NCBI GenBank assembly: GCA_963748625.1
Contig: CAVVJT010000007.1
Coordinates: 768,001 to 832,000 of the forward strand
DNA from: an uncultured Chloroflexia bacterium
GTDB taxonomy: Bacteria > Chloroflexota > Limnocylindria > Limnocylindrales > CSP1-4
Length of the DNA stretch: 64,000 nucleotides
Direction: 5' to 3'
Of this stretch, positions 31,288-42,274 are shown piece after piece. The notes beneath the pieces are model-generated. The model worked only from the letters and a program-made list of their open reading frames with translations, was not told the origin of the DNA and did not search any database. Made by a program: the position numbers and the translations under genes. The stretch's first letter is position 1. The number at the start of each line of letters is the position of its first letter.

Positions 31288-33078
31288 CTACGGGGCGGCC
31301 GGCACGAACTTGAGCGCGTCGACGACGAGGGTCCGGCCGGTCGAGGTGCGCTCGCCCGTGCGATCCGACACCCGGACCCGTGCGACGGAGCCGAAGGTGT
31401 AGGTGCCGAGCAGCGCCCATGTGCCGGCCCGCGCCCGCTGGCTGATCGTTCGGGTCCTGGTGCCATCGACCGTGGAGATGCGGTAGACCGCATTGCGCGT
31501 GGTCGCGTGGTTGACGGGGATCCTCACCCAGACCGCGTATCGCCCTGGGGCACGCAGATTCGCCGTCCACGAGGCCGTCTGCCTCGTCGACGCCAGCCGC
31601 ACGGGCGTCCAGTAGCTCCGGTCTCGATACCCCACGTCCTGCCGCCGCCAGCCACCCCCGCCCTTGTCGAACCCCGCGTCCCGGTCGTCGACGAGCACGG
31701 TGACCGGCAGCACGACGCCCAGCGGCAGCGTTGTCCCAGTGGTTGCCGCAGAGCACGACTCCGTCGAACCCGCGTAGGCGCAGACCCTGTAGCCGTACCC
31801 CGTCTCGGGCGCCAGGCCATCGGTGTCGGTGAAGGAGGTGCCGTTGACACCGACCGTCCCGACGACTGGCCATGTCGGCGAGCCGTCGTCGCGGCGGATG
31901 CGGTAGCCGTCCTCGCCGATCACGTCCTTCCAGTTCACGCGGACTGCGGCATCGGAGATGCCGGTCGCGGCGACACTGGACGGACTGGCGACACCGGGCA
32001 CGAATGACGTCGTCTGCCAGCTGTGGCCCACGGACGAGCCGCCGACATCGATCCCCTCGACGGTGACCTCGAACACACGGTCGCCACCGGCGAGTCCAAG
32101 CGAGCCCACGTTGACCTCGAACACGATCGCCGGATCGCCGTAGCCCCCATTCCGCGAGACGACGGTCGCCGCGACGGCCGCGCCGTCCATCGTCACGCGC
32201 ACCGTTGCGGCCTCGAACCCGGCGCCCTGGCGGCTGAGCGAGAACCGCGGGTAGATCTGGGTGTACGGCACGAACCCCTTGGGCGGCCACGAGATCCAGG
32301 TGGGGGCGTCGGCGGGCCGGGCCCAGGTCGCGGTGTCGAGCACGTAGAGCGCGTCGGCCTGCGTGGTGGACCCGGTGCCGAGCACCGTCTGGGGCGGGTA
32401 CAGGATCCAGCGCCGGTGGCCGACGGCCGTGTTGCCCGATCCGAAGTCGTACATGTAGGCGTCGATCGCGGATGGCCCGATGCAGCCGAGGCAGAGGTTG
32501 GAGTGCGACGCGCCGTCGTAGCCGTCCTGCGTGTAGCAGTCCATCCCGGACGTCGGCCCATGCGTCAGCGTGTTGTTGGCGTCCATGATCAGCGCCGCGG
32601 CCTGGTCGATGCTGTTGCGGGAGGAGGCCATCGACACGCCGGGCAGGCCGGTCATGCTGCGGAAGTAGTTGACCATGCCGGTGACGGCGGCGATGTAGCC
32701 GGCGCTGACCGTCCCGCGCTTGCAGGTCGAGACGCTGCCCGTCCACCCCTGCGCGGCACCGCGATTTGCGAGGTACAGCTCGTTGTAGGCGGTCGTGACC
32801 GCCGCGCGACTGGACGTGTCGATCGCGTCCGTCACGGCTTCGGTGGCCTGGACGCGGGTCGACCCTTGCGGACCGGAGGCGGCGTGGGGTGTGGCGTCGA
32901 GGACGGGTGCTGCACCAAGCCGTCCGGTGGGGCGCTCGTCCCCTGCCGGCGACGGCGCAGGATCACCCGAGTCCGGCTCGGCCGCCCGGACAGCTGTGGA
33001 TCCCGCGGGCAGCGACCCGAACACCAGGGCCGCAACGAGCAGGACCCTCCAGCCAGACGAGCATCGCGACATCCACAT
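31288..33078 (-). CDS. Secreted CAP/SCP-domain protein with FN3 and C-terminal carbohydrate-binding-like domain
   Basis: VNYFRSMTGL, LTH.P, VGHRRWIL CAP motifs; FTDT.GLAPETGYGYRVCA FN3; W.LLGTYTF C-terminal domain. Confidence 0.8.
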   Translation of the reverse strand: MWMSRCSSGWRVLLVAALVFGSLPAGSTAVRAAEPDSGDPAPSPAGDERPTGRLGAAPVLDATPHAASGPQGSTRVQATEAVTDAIDTSSRAAVTTAYNELYLANRGAAQGWTGSVSTCKRGTVSAGYIAAVTGMVNYFRSMTGLPGVSMASSRNSIDQAAALIMDANNTLTHGPTSGMDCYTQDGYDGASHSNLCLGCIGPSAIDAYMYDFGSGNTAVGHRRWILYPPQTVLGTGSTTQADALYVLDTATWARPADAPTWISWPPKGFVPYTQIYPRFSLSRQGAGFEAATVRVTMDGAAVAATVVSRNGGYGDPAIVFEVNVGSLGLAGGDRVFEVTVEGIDVGGSSVGHSWQTTSFVPGVASPSSVAATGISDAAVRVNWKDVIGEDGYRIRRDDGSPTWPVVGTVGVNGTSFTDTDGLAPETGYGYRVCAYAGSTESCSAATTGTTLPLGVVLPVTVLVDDRDAGFDKGGGGWRRQDVGYRDRSYWTPVRLASTRQTASWTANLRAPGRYAVWVRIPVNHATTRNAVYRISTVDGTRTRTISQRARAGTWALLGTYTFGSVARVRVSDRTGERTSTGRTLVVDALKFVPAAP

Positions 33079-33323
33079 GGTCATCCCCTCCCGGTCGATC
33101 GGTGGGTCCAGCCTGCGCCGCGTCATGGCCCCGGAGCATCGCCTGGTGGTACCCGGGCGCGTGGCCGGTGGTACCGCCCGGCGGCATCGCCAGAGCTCGG
33201 CGCAAGGTGGCCGCTGGATGGCCGACGCGCGCGTGGCCTGTCAGTTCCGCCTTCGGGACCGATGCCTCTCGCCAGGCAAGCAGCTCAAGGTCAGCATCCT
33301 TGGCAAGCCACGGAGGAATGCCG

Positions 33324-33881
33324 ATGTCGCGCTACCTGCAATGGTCACGCAGGGAACACCCCTCCCCCACAAGGCTCGCGGTCGTCTTCATGCTCGGCCC
33401 CGTCTTCCTCGGCCTGCTCCCGGCCCTCGTCGCCGGGGCCGGCGCACGCCTTGACAGGACGCTTGGACGACAACCGATCCGGGCAGGCGCGGCCGCGCGG
33501 ATCATTGGAGGGCTGCTGGCAGTCGGCGGGTTCACGCTCGGCATCTGGTCGGTCCAGGCGCAGCTGGATCGGGGCCGTGGAACGCCGCTGCCGATGCTGC
33601 CGACCCAGGAGCTGCTGACCGACGGGCCATTCCGGTACTGTCGCAACCCGATGACGCTGGGCGCCATCCTGGCCTACCTGGGCATCGCGGTTGCCGCACG
33701 GACCACGGCCGGCGTCGCCTTCGTCCTCGCGTTCGGCGCCTGCCTGCTGGCCTACCTCAAGCGCCTCGAGGAACCGGAGCTTGCCGAGCGGTTCGGTGAC
33801 TCGTACCTGCGCTACAAGCGGGCCACGCCGTTCATCCTCCCCCGGCTCACCAGGATGCGAGCCAGCGCCTCCGTTCCCTGA
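33324..33881 (+). CDS. Isoprenylcysteine carboxylmethyltransferase/PEMT family membrane protein
   Basis: GRGTP.P..PT..L.TDGPFRYCRNPM and EEPEL..RFG.SY..YK motifs. Confidence 0.88.
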   Translation: MSRYLQWSRREHPSPTRLAVVFMLGPVFLGLLPALVAGAGARLDRTLGRQPIRAGAAARIIGGLLAVGGFTLGIWSVQAQLDRGRGTPLPMLPTQELLTDGPFRYCRNPMTLGAILAYLGIAVAARTTAGVAFVLAFGACLLAYLKRLEEPELAERFGDSYLRYKRATPFILPRLTRMRASASVP

Positions 33882-34832
33882 TCACTCGAGCAGGTAGCGG
33901 TCCACCACGTTCAGAAGCGGCTCGTCGGCCGCGAATCGCCTGACCTGGGCACCCGCGAGCTCGAAGACCCGGCGCGTGGAGCCGGGGCCGTCGCCCGCGA
34001 CGTGCGGGCTGACCAGGACATTGGGCAGCGACCAGAGCTGATGGCCGTCCGGCAGCGGTTCGGGATCGGTCACGTCGAGCGCTGCGCGGAGTCGGCCGCT
34101 CTCGAGCTCCCTCACGAGGGCGGGCGTGTCCACCGTCCGGCCACGGCCCGCGTTGACGAGGAGCGCCCCGTCCGGGAGCAGCCCGAGGCGCCGGGCGTCG
34201 AAGCAGCTAGCCGTCTGCGGCGTCAACGGCAGCAGGTTCACGAGGATCGCCGCCCCGGCCAGGGTGGCATCGAGCTCGGCCATGCCCCGCGTGCCGTCCC
34301 GCGGCGTCCGCGTCACGCCGACGATGTCCACGCCAAATGGACGGAGCCGGTCGGCCACGGCCCCACCGATCGATCCGAACCCGACGATCACGACCCGCTT
34401 GCCGGCCACCTCGTCGCCCTCGAACTGGGTCCACGTTCCCTGGGCCTGTGCGTCGCGCGCCTGCAGGACGCCACGTTGCATCGCGAGGATGGCGCCGACC
34501 ACCCATTCCGCGAGGGGCACGTCGTAGACGCCGCGCGCATTGCAGACGGTGATCTCCGGTGGCACCCGGCCCTCGAGCCAGTCAACGCCCGCGGTCAGGG
34601 TCTGGATGACCTGCAGCCGTCCGGGCGTGCGAAGCGCCTCGAACAGCGGGTCCCGCATGCGCCCCATCGGGATGACGAGGTCCGCGAGAGCGAGGTCGGG
34701 CATCGGTCCGTCCTCGAGGGGCACCGGCACGAGGTCGATGCTCGCGGGGATGTCGCCCATGAACTCTCGCTCTGGGACGTCCGGCACATACACGACCAGC
34801 CGGTCGCCTTGGGTTTGCGGCGTGGCATTCAT
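33882..34832 (-). CDS. D-isomer specific 2-hydroxyacid dehydrogenase
   Basis: GFGSIG, NAGRG, LDVTDPEPLP, SPHVAG motifs. Confidence 0.92.
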   Translation of the reverse strand: MNATPQTQGDRLVVYVPDVPEREFMGDIPASIDLVPVPLEDGPMPDLALADLVIPMGRMRDPLFEALRTPGRLQVIQTLTAGVDWLEGRVPPEITVCNARGVYDVPLAEWVVGAILAMQRGVLQARDAQAQGTWTQFEGDEVAGKRVVIVGFGSIGGAVADRLRPFGVDIVGVTRTPRDGTRGMAELDATLAGAAILVNLLPLTPQTASCFDARRLGLLPDGALLVNAGRGRTVDTPALVRELESGRLRAALDVTDPEPLPDGHQLWSLPNVLVSPHVAGDGPGSTRRVFELAGAQVRRFAADEPLLNVVDRYLLE

Positions 34833-34885
34833 GATCGCGAGTCTAGGGGTCCGGTTTCGTCATGTCCTGTGCCCAGCCGGCCACG

Positions 34886-34930
34886 TCGGGGTGCAATCCG
34901 TCGGGGTGCACGCCGTCGGGGTGCATCCCC
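34886..34930. repeat. 15-bp tandem repeat x3
   Basis: tcggggtgca followed by a 5-nt variable part, three times. Confidence 0.75.
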
Positions 34931-34998
34931 CAAAATGGGCTGCGGCCCTCCCCGGGCGCGGAGGGGTATCCGCGGGGCATTGGCGGTCCGCGGCCCGG

Positions 34999-37067
34999 CT
35001 AGGGGGCGACCAGCCCGACGTCAACCCGATCGTGCTTCATGGGCAGATCGGCGTCCACCGGGTCGTCCAGCTCGCGGGCATAGCGGTGGCCGGCGTAGAC
35101 CGCGGCCGCGATGATGGCCGGGGCCTCGCAGTCGCCGATGCGAGCCAGCGTGAACGGGAGCGTCCCGGCAGCACCCTGCTCGGTGGCCAGCAGCGCCTGG
35201 TAGAGCGAGTCCTCGGGCACGCGCTGGCCCACGACCACCAGCGATGTCCGCGGGCAGCACCTGCTCGCGGCCGGAGTACTCGCACGCCAGGGTGGCCTCG
35301 CTGCCGTCGAAGGCCGTGATCCGGTGCGCGGTGACGATCTCCACCCCGAGCGTCACCAGGTGCGTGCGGATGCGCCAGCGCTCGGCCGTCATGCCGGCCC
35401 AGTAGGCCACGCTGTCGACGTGGCGTGACGAGCGTCACCGGCTGGCCTGACGCGATGATGCGCTCGGCGATCACGCTGCCCATGTAGTAGCCATCGCCGT
35501 CGAACAGCACCGTACGGCCCGTGGGCAGGCGCCCGTCCATGATGTCGTCGGGGGTCAGGACCTCGACGCCCGGCACGGCGACCGGGACGTACGTGTGGCC
35601 GTCGTGGACATCCGTCCGCCAGCGAGCGCCGGTGGCGATGGCGACGTGCTCGGCCCCGAAGGCGAGCACGTCATCGACCGTCACCTCGCTCTGGCGGTAG
35701 ACCTCGACGTTGGGCATCTTCGCCAGCTGCAGCTCGCGGTGGTCGCGCACGCGGATGTACTCGCTCATGCCCGGCAGCGCGGCCTCACGTGTCACGCGCC
35801 CGCCAAGCGTGCGGCTGGCCTCCGCCAGCGTCACCGCGTACCCGCGCGCCCCCAGCGCTCGGGCGGCCTCGAGCCCAGCCGGCCCCGCGCCCACCACGAG
35901 GACGCGGCTGTCCGAGCCCTTGCGCGCGATCCGCTCCGGGTGCCACTCCTTGCGCCACTCCTCGCCCATCGTCGGGTTCTGGGTGCAGCGGAGCGGCACG
36001 GCCAGGCTGTCGCCGGAGTAGCAGACGTTGCAGCCGATGCACTCGCGGATGTCGTCGAACCGGCCTTCCTCGATCTTCCGCGGCAGGAAGGGATCCGCGA
36101 TTGAGGGGCGGGCCGCCCCGATGAAGTCCGTGATCCCACGACGCACCTGGCTGACCATCGTGTCCGGCGACGTGAAGCGCCCCACCGTCACCACGGGCTT
36201 CGTGGTCACCGACTTCACCCAGGACATGTACGGCTCGAGGGCCGCCTCCTTCACGAAGCGCGACACGCCCATCTCGTACGAGTAGTCGGCGATGTTGATG
36301 TCCCACAGGTCGGGCATCTCGGCCATCAGGGCCAGCATCTCGCGGCGCTCACCCCAGACCGGGACGCCGTCCTCGCCGATCGTCTCATCGGCCGAGAAGC
36401 GCACGGCCACGGCACATCGATCGCCGACGGCCTCCTTGGTCTCCTCGATCAGTTCGCGGACCAGCCGCGTCCGGTTCTCCAGCGACCCGCCGTACTCGTC
36501 GGTGCGCGTGTTCGTGCGCGGGTCCAGGAAGTTCGCCAGGAGGTAGTCGTGCGTGGCATAGACGTAGACGATGTCGAAGCCGGCCTCGCGGGCGCGCAGG
36601 GCCGCATTCCGATGCCAGCGCCGCAGGTCGCGGATGTCCCGCCTGTCCATGGCGCGGGTCTGGAACGGGTGGCCGACCCCGTTGGGGTAGCCCGCGACAT
36701 CCATCGGGGTCAGGCGGGTGCTGAGATTGGCCGTGCGCACGCCGCCGAACCACAGCTCCGCCCCGGCGAGCGCGCCGTGCTCGTGCACGAGGTCCGTCAT
36801 CAGGGCGTGCGCGCGAACGTCGCCGGCGTCCCACAGCGACGCCGAGACGTAGTGCAGGTCGTCCGACGCCGGGTGGATCGAGGTGTACTCCGTGCAGACC
36901 ACGCCCCAGCCGCCCTCGGCCTTCACGCCGCGCATGGCCGCCAGCGTGCGAGGACGCTGCCAGCCCATGCCGGTGCAGTGGGGCACCTGGTAGAACCGGT
37001 TCGGGGCCGTGACCGGCCCGATCGTCACGGGCTCGAACAGGATGTCGTAGCGCGGATCGCGGGGCAT
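34999..37067 (-). CDS. Trimethylamine/dimethylamine/histamine dehydrogenase-like iron-sulfur flavoprotein (two frameshifts near the C-terminus)
   Basis: NRFYQVPHC (covalent FMN Cys), ECIGCNVC..C 4Fe-4S, GAGPAG; C-terminus (IGDCEAPAIIAAAVYAGHRYAR) continues in other frames after about 35420 and 35250. Confidence 0.88.
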
Positions 37068-37324
37068 CGTCGGTCTCCCGGCACGGAAGGGGCAGGCCCG
37101 ATCGTGACGTGCGGACCGCGGGATCGCAAGGCAGCGGCCCGCAGGCGGCAACGAGCGCCGCGGCGACGGGTGGGAATCCGCCTGGCCTACGCCGGTGCGG
37201 GTCAACGGCGATCGAACCGCCATACGCCCGCCACGTGGGGACTATGCGAGGCCGGGAGCCCGACACTCCCGCCAGGGTCCATCAGGTGGGAGCAAGAGCA
37301 AGTCTGATCCCCGACGCCCGCGAC

Positions 37325-38040
37325 ATGTTCCGACCGGATCCCCAAGGTGGAGCTGCACTGTCATGTCGAGGGGACGGTGCGGTGCCACGACCGTCGTCGA
37401 CCTGGCCCGCAAGGCCGGACGGACCCTGCCGGTCGACGAACCGGCCCAGCTGTATCGCTATGACTCGCTCGACTCCTTCCTCGACATCTTCTGCTCCGGA
37501 CCCGCGACGATTGGGCAAGGGTGGCGTACGAGTCGCTCGTGGACGCATCGGCCCACGGGCTGCGGTACCGCGAGATGTTCTTCACCCCGGCCCGCCACCT
37601 TGCCGACGGCCAGGACCTTGCGGAGATCATCGCGGGACTCACGGAGGGCATCGAGGCCGCCGAGGCCGAGACCGGCGTCCGCTGCCTCCTGATCGCGGTG
37701 GACAAGGCCTACGGGCCCGCCGCCGCCATGGAGCTCGTCGAGGCGCTGCTGGCGCTGCGTCGCGCAGGTCGGGCCGAGCGCGTGATCGGCGTCGGCGCGG
37801 ACTCCACCGAGCTGGGCGTGGACATGCGGCCATTCGCCCCGGCGTTCCACGCGGCAGCAGCGGCGGGGGTCATCGCGAACCGCTATCGCTCCCTGGCCGA
37901 GCACCCGCTGCCGGCGATGCTCGACGCCGGGCTGCTCATCACGATCAACACCGACGACCCCGCGATGCAGGACCTCGACCTCGGCCTCGAGTACCGCCGC
38001 GTCGCCGATGCCCACGGTCTGACTACTGGTGACATGGCCT
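37325..38040 (+). pseudogene. Adenosine deaminase family pseudogene
   Basis: PKVELHCHVEG near 37340, YREMFFTP and INTDDP lie in different frames; the HAGE/GHG segment is missing (internal deletion). Confidence 0.8.
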
Positions 38041-38057
38041 GGCCGACGGGTGCGGGG

Positions 38058-38816
38058 TCACTCGCAGGTTCGGGGTTCGGCCACGATCGTGACCGTCACC
38101 TCGTCGGCCGGAACTGGACCGCTGAATGTCAGGACGAGCACCCGATTGAAGGGGACCAGGTCGCCACAGCCCGGCAGCACCTCGAGGGTCATCGTCCGGC
38201 CGTCGGGGGCGATCGTGAGGCGGCGATCGGTGTCGCTGAGCAGCCCGTACCAGGTCAGCACGATGGTCGCAGGATCGGCAGGGTCGTTCGAGACCTGCGG
38301 GGACGGGTCGGACGGATCCTCGGCCGGCTGGCCGCTTCGTGCGTCGACCAGGGTGCCGGACGCATCGACAACCTCGATCGTCGACAGGGCGCGGCCCCCG
38401 AACCCGACCAGGTCGACGCTCATGCTGACCGGAGATGGGCTCGTGGCGGACGGCGAGGCCTGCGGAGTCCCGGTCGGCGAGGCCTGCGGAGTCCCGGTAG
38501 GGACCGTGGTCGGCGACGGGGCCTGGACCGGCGGCACGACGACCGGCCGCTGGTCGAACAGGCCGCCAGCGGATGCCAGGGCCAGCGTCGCGATGAGCAG
38601 CAGCCCGAGCGCGACGATGACCGGCAGCGCGCGCATCCCGAACCCGAGCCCGCCCGGCGACCCCATCGGATCGCGCCGCAGGGCTGCAAGGGGGTCGCGT
38701 CGCCGGGGGTGCGCGTGGGCGTGCAGGAGCGCGGCGGCGATGGACGTTTCCGGTGCGCCGGTCGGCCCATCCCCCATCCAGTCGGAGATTCGACGATCGA
38801 GGTCGTTGGCGTTCAT
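38058..38816 (-). CDS. Putative anti-sigma factor (single-TM protein)
   Basis: ATGA-coupled to the ECF sigma gene; short cytoplasmic N-terminus, one TM, Pro/Thr linker. Confidence 0.7.
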   Translation of the reverse strand: MNANDLDRRISDWMGDGPTGAPETSIAAALLHAHAHPRRRDPLAALRRDPMGSPGGLGFGMRALPVIVALGLLLIATLALASAGGLFDQRPVVVPPVQAPSPTTVPTGTPQASPTGTPQASPSATSPSPVSMSVDLVGFGGRALSTIEVVDASGTLVDARSGQPAEDPSDPSPQVSNDPADPATIVLTWYGLLSDTDRRLTIAPDGRTMTLEVLPGCGDLVPFNRVLVLTFSGPVPADEVTVTIVAEPRTCE

Positions 38817-39385
38817 GCCGTCCGCTCCTTGAGGCTCCCGGTTCGATCGTCGGCCTCGAGGGCGGCTCGAAGCGCACGGGACGCGTTGTGGACTCGGGAG
38901 CCGGCCGTGCCGATCGGGATGCCGAGGACGTCGCCGATTTCCGCGAGCGACAAGCCGGCGTAGTACTCGAGAACGAGGACGGCCCGCTGGTCCGGCGTGA
39001 GCCGCCGGAACCCGCGCTCCAGCTGGTCGCGGTCGGCAACCCGGTCGAAGTCGTCGGACCCCTGCGGGGCGACGGTGTCGGCATCGTTGGGGAGGAGGTG
39101 GACGACCGGCTCGCCACGGCGTTCGTGGCGCGCCTGAGCGACGGTCGCACGGACGATCAACCGGTAGCTCCACGCCTCGAACCTGTCCGGATCGCGGAGC
39201 TTGGGGAGCTCGTTCCAGATCGTGGCCAGCGTCTGCTGGAGGGCGTCCTCGGCGTGGCCGTGGTCACGCAGGACGCGGTAGGCGATCGCAAACAGCCGGC
39301 CGGCCGACAGCCGGACCAGGGCCTCGAACGCCTCTTGATCGCCGTCGGCGGCTCGCTTCACGAGATCCCGCTGCAGGTTCGCCAT
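38813..39385 (-). CDS. ECF RNA polymerase sigma factor
   Basis: AEDALQ...FEAWSYR region 2; LSLAEIGDVLGIPIGTAGSR region 4. Confidence 0.93.
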   Translation of the reverse strand: MANLQRDLVKRAADGDQEAFEALVRLSAGRLFAIAYRVLRDHGHAEDALQQTLATIWNELPKLRDPDRFEAWSYRLIVRATVAQARHERRGEPVVHLLPNDADTVAPQGSDDFDRVADRDQLERGFRRLTPDQRAVLVLEYYAGLSLAEIGDVLGIPIGTAGSRVHNASRALRAALEADDRTGSLKERTA

Positions 39386-39520
39386 CGCAACCAGTCCTGA
39401 GGTTCGGCCCTGTCTGGGCCTCTCAGGAAGTATGGGGAGCCGCCGCAGCGATCTCTTCACTCTTCGCGACGCGCGGGGAGCCTCCGAAGTCCTGGGCCCG
39501 GCGACAGACCCTCGCCCCTG

Positions 39521-39742
39521 TCAGGAGCCTGTCGGCCCGTGCCCGCGCGGCGTCATCTTTGACCACGCGCCCCAGATGATCCCGATCCCGAGGGCGACCA
39601 CCGCCAGCGGCCAGATCTTGTCCCAGTCCAGCTCTGCCAGCTGGAGGCCGAACGTGTTCACCAGCAGGTAGTAGATCCCCACCCCGAGGATCAGCAGCCC
39701 GATGAGGATCGCCCCCAGGTCGATGCGACGCAGCCTGTCCAC
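39521..39742 (-). CDS. Small two-TM membrane protein (LiaF/DUF5668-like)
   Basis: GGAGAGG RBS; GLLILGVG.YYLL...WPLAVVALG pattern. Confidence 0.7.
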   Translation of the reverse strand: MDRLRRIDLGAILIGLLILGVGIYYLLVNTFGLQLAELDWDKIWPLAVVALGIGIIWGAWSKMTPRGHGPTGS

Positions 39743-39828
39743 TGTCCCTCTCCCGAGGCCGGGACGCACGGCCCTGCAGCATGACGCGGGGGCGCCCGAT
39801 AGCCTCGCCCCCTCAGGGCGTCGTGGGG

Positions 39829-40635
39829 CCGCCCACCAGCGTGAGCGCCGCGAGCGTGCCGGCTGGGGCCCGGCCACCACGCTGCGAGGCGAGCGAGACC
39901 GTCGGCGACGTCGTGCAGATGCGCAACGCCGAGTGGACGTATCGGACCGAGAGCAGCTCCGACCCGCGCCTCGCCGGCACGCAGGAGGTCGTCATCAACG
40001 TCGACCAGCGGCAGAGCGACATGAGCGCCCAGGTCTGGGGCACGAGCGTCCTCTCCAACCAGGACGGGAGCTGGGTGGGCGACTGGACGGGTGGCATCGC
40101 CTCTGGAGGCAATGTGCACCACGTCCACCAGACGGCGGAGGGGACAGGCGGGTACGCCGGGCTCGTCGCCCACTTCAGCGGATGGTTCGTGGAGGCCGGC
40201 GAGGGGTTCACGCCCGACATCCAGATCGTCAACGCCGGGTGGATCAGTCGGCCGACGGCAGCGCGGTGCCGCCTGCACCCGGCCCGGGGACGACACCGGC
40301 CAACTGGACGCCGGTCGTCGGCATCGCGACGACGAAGGACACCGCATACGACGGCACCGGCTCCTGGCTCTGGGATGTCCAGCAGTCGGACCCGCGCCTC
40401 AGCGGCGGGATGGAAAGTAGCGGAGAGAGGACAGACCCAGGTGCACGCCGGACCGCGGAACGAAAAAGAGACGGAGGAGAAAGGACGGGTGACCGAGCCA
40501 GTTCAGCGAGATGCGGCGATTGTCCAGTCGGGCTACGACGCCGACGCGCGATCACGCACGCCCCGCCCACCACCGTGAGCACCGCGAGCGTGCCGGCTGG
40601 GGCCCGGCCACCACCCTGCGAGGCGAGCGTGACCG
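39829..40635. repeat. 73-bp direct repeat (39829-39901 and 40563-40635) flanking a foreign gene fragment
   Basis: Direct alignment shows 4 mismatches in 73 bp. Confidence 0.9.
39902..40562 (+). pseudogene. Start-less fragment of a secreted-type protein with two SDPRL-containing repeats
   Basis: Coding-like sequence (SSDPRLAG...GTGGYAGL; QSDPRLSG) with a frameshift and no start or RBS. Confidence 0.55.
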
Positions 40636-41265
40636 GGTCGTCGGTGACCACCACGTACTTGCCGGGCAGGAGATCCCACTGCGAGACGTCGCCGAGCCCG
40701 CCGGTGGTGAACGTCAGGTAGGTGTCGCCCCGAGCGATGGCGTCGACCTCGGCGTCGGTGAGCGGACCGGGCTCCTGGCCACCGTGGGCGTCGATCTCCT
40801 CCTGGGTGGCATAGGCCCGCCCGATGAATGAGACGTCCGCGGCGGACGCGTCGATCAGCAGGTAGACCGGCCCCGAGCTCACCGTGGACGGGTCCAGTAT
40901 GAGCGCGCCGCCCGCCATCGAGACGTGCACCCGGGGAGTGGCGGCCGGGATCAGCGTCTCCGGCGGGAGGACGGGCAGCGCGAGCGCGCCGACCGAGCCG
41001 ACACGGTGACACCAGCCAGGGCGACCGCCACCAGGGCGAGCCGCCCGGCACGCCTGCGCCGGCGGACGATGGCCCACGCCACCCCGAGCAGCAGGAGGGC
41101 CAGCAGGGCCAGGGGAATGACCACGACCGCGATGTAGAGCTTCGCATCGCCGGCCATGTGGTGGCGCCGTCGACTGAGCGCCAGGACAAGGATGGTGGCG
41201 ATGGTCCAGAGTGCGGCGGCCAGGACGACGACGCCGATCGCCGCGATCACGAACGGCCACGACAC
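40563..41265 (-). pseudogene. Membrane-anchored hypothetical protein, frameshifted and interrupted at its 3' end
   Basis: TM segments in one frame and soluble domain in another; the terminal codons and stop appear only in the displaced repeat copy at 39813-39901. Confidence 0.55.
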
Positions 41266-41500
41266 CTGGAACCTTCGAGACGCCCGTCGAGCCAGTTGAA
41301 TCGGCTGGGTCCTGCATCGCGCCTCCTCGATGGTGAGGCTGGCGCTCGGTCGGCCGTCCGGCAAGAGCCGGACGTGCTGAACATGTTGCGATTTCCCCGG
41401 GCCCGCGGCCTACCACCGCTCGGCGCTGTAGGCTCTCGCGGATCGCTGGTCGTCGGGCGCGCCGGCGACATCGTCTCGCACCGCACCCTGGGAGTCGCGC

Positions 41501-41863
41501 ATGAAGGTCGGCTACGTCGTGCTCTACGTGAACGACGCGGAGGCCTGCCGCAGATTCTGGGTCGAGCAAGTCGGCATGGTCGAGAAGCGGCGCACCGAGG
41601 CGGGCGCCTTCACGATCGTGCAGGTCGGGTTCGCCGACCAGACGTTCGCGTTCGAGCTGGTGCCGCTCGAGCTGATGAAGGACAACCCCGACGGACTCGA
41701 CCTTGCGACGCCGTCGATCGCCTTCCACGTCGACGACCTCGAGGCTGCGCGCGCAACCCTTGTCGGACGCGGGGTGCAGGCGACCGAGGTGGGCGAGCAC
41801 CAGGGGATGCGGAACTTCGCGTTCCCGGACCCGGAGGGCCGCTGGTTCGCGGTGACGCTGTGA
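41501..41863 (+). CDS. VOC/glyoxalase family protein
   Basis: VVLYVND...FW...VG, IAFHVDDL, FPDPEG motifs. Confidence 0.9.
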   Translation: MKVGYVVLYVNDAEACRRFWVEQVGMVEKRRTEAGAFTIVQVGFADQTFAFELVPLELMKDNPDGLDLATPSIAFHVDDLEAARATLVGRGVQATEVGEHQGMRNFAFPDPEGRWFAVTL

Positions 41864-42229
41864 TGAACGCCGGGACCGGATCGACCGGCCACCGGATCTT
41901 CACCATGACCCTGGCCTCGGTCTACCCGCTGTACCTCGCGAAGGTCGAGAGGAAAGGCAGGACCAAGGACGAGCTCGACGCGGTGATCCGCTGGCTCACC
42001 GGGTACGACCAGGCCGAGATGGACCAGCACGTCGCTGCCGGCACGACCTTCGAGGGCTTCTTCGCCGGGGCGCGGCTCAATCCCAATGTGGGTCTGATCA
42101 CGGGCTCCGTCTGCGGGGTGCGCGTCGAGGCGATCGAGGACCCGCTCGATGCAGCAGATCCGGTGGCTCGACAAGCTGGTCGACGAGCTCGCGAAGGGTC
42201 GAGCGCTGGAGAAGGTGCTGCGCAGCTGA
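41863..42229 (+). CDS. DUF2200 family protein (+1 frameshift near 42148)
   Basis: [28 protein letters not shown]; [17 protein letters not shown] continues in the shifted frame. Confidence 0.85.
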
Positions 42230-42274
42230 CGTCGCCTGCGGTGGGTGCCCGGGCAACGTCGGCCGGCCTGGACG

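Noticed and set aside
39829-40635. Diversity-generating retroelement TR/VR pair
   Set aside because: The four mismatches are not adenine-specific on either strand and there is no reverse transcriptase gene in the window.
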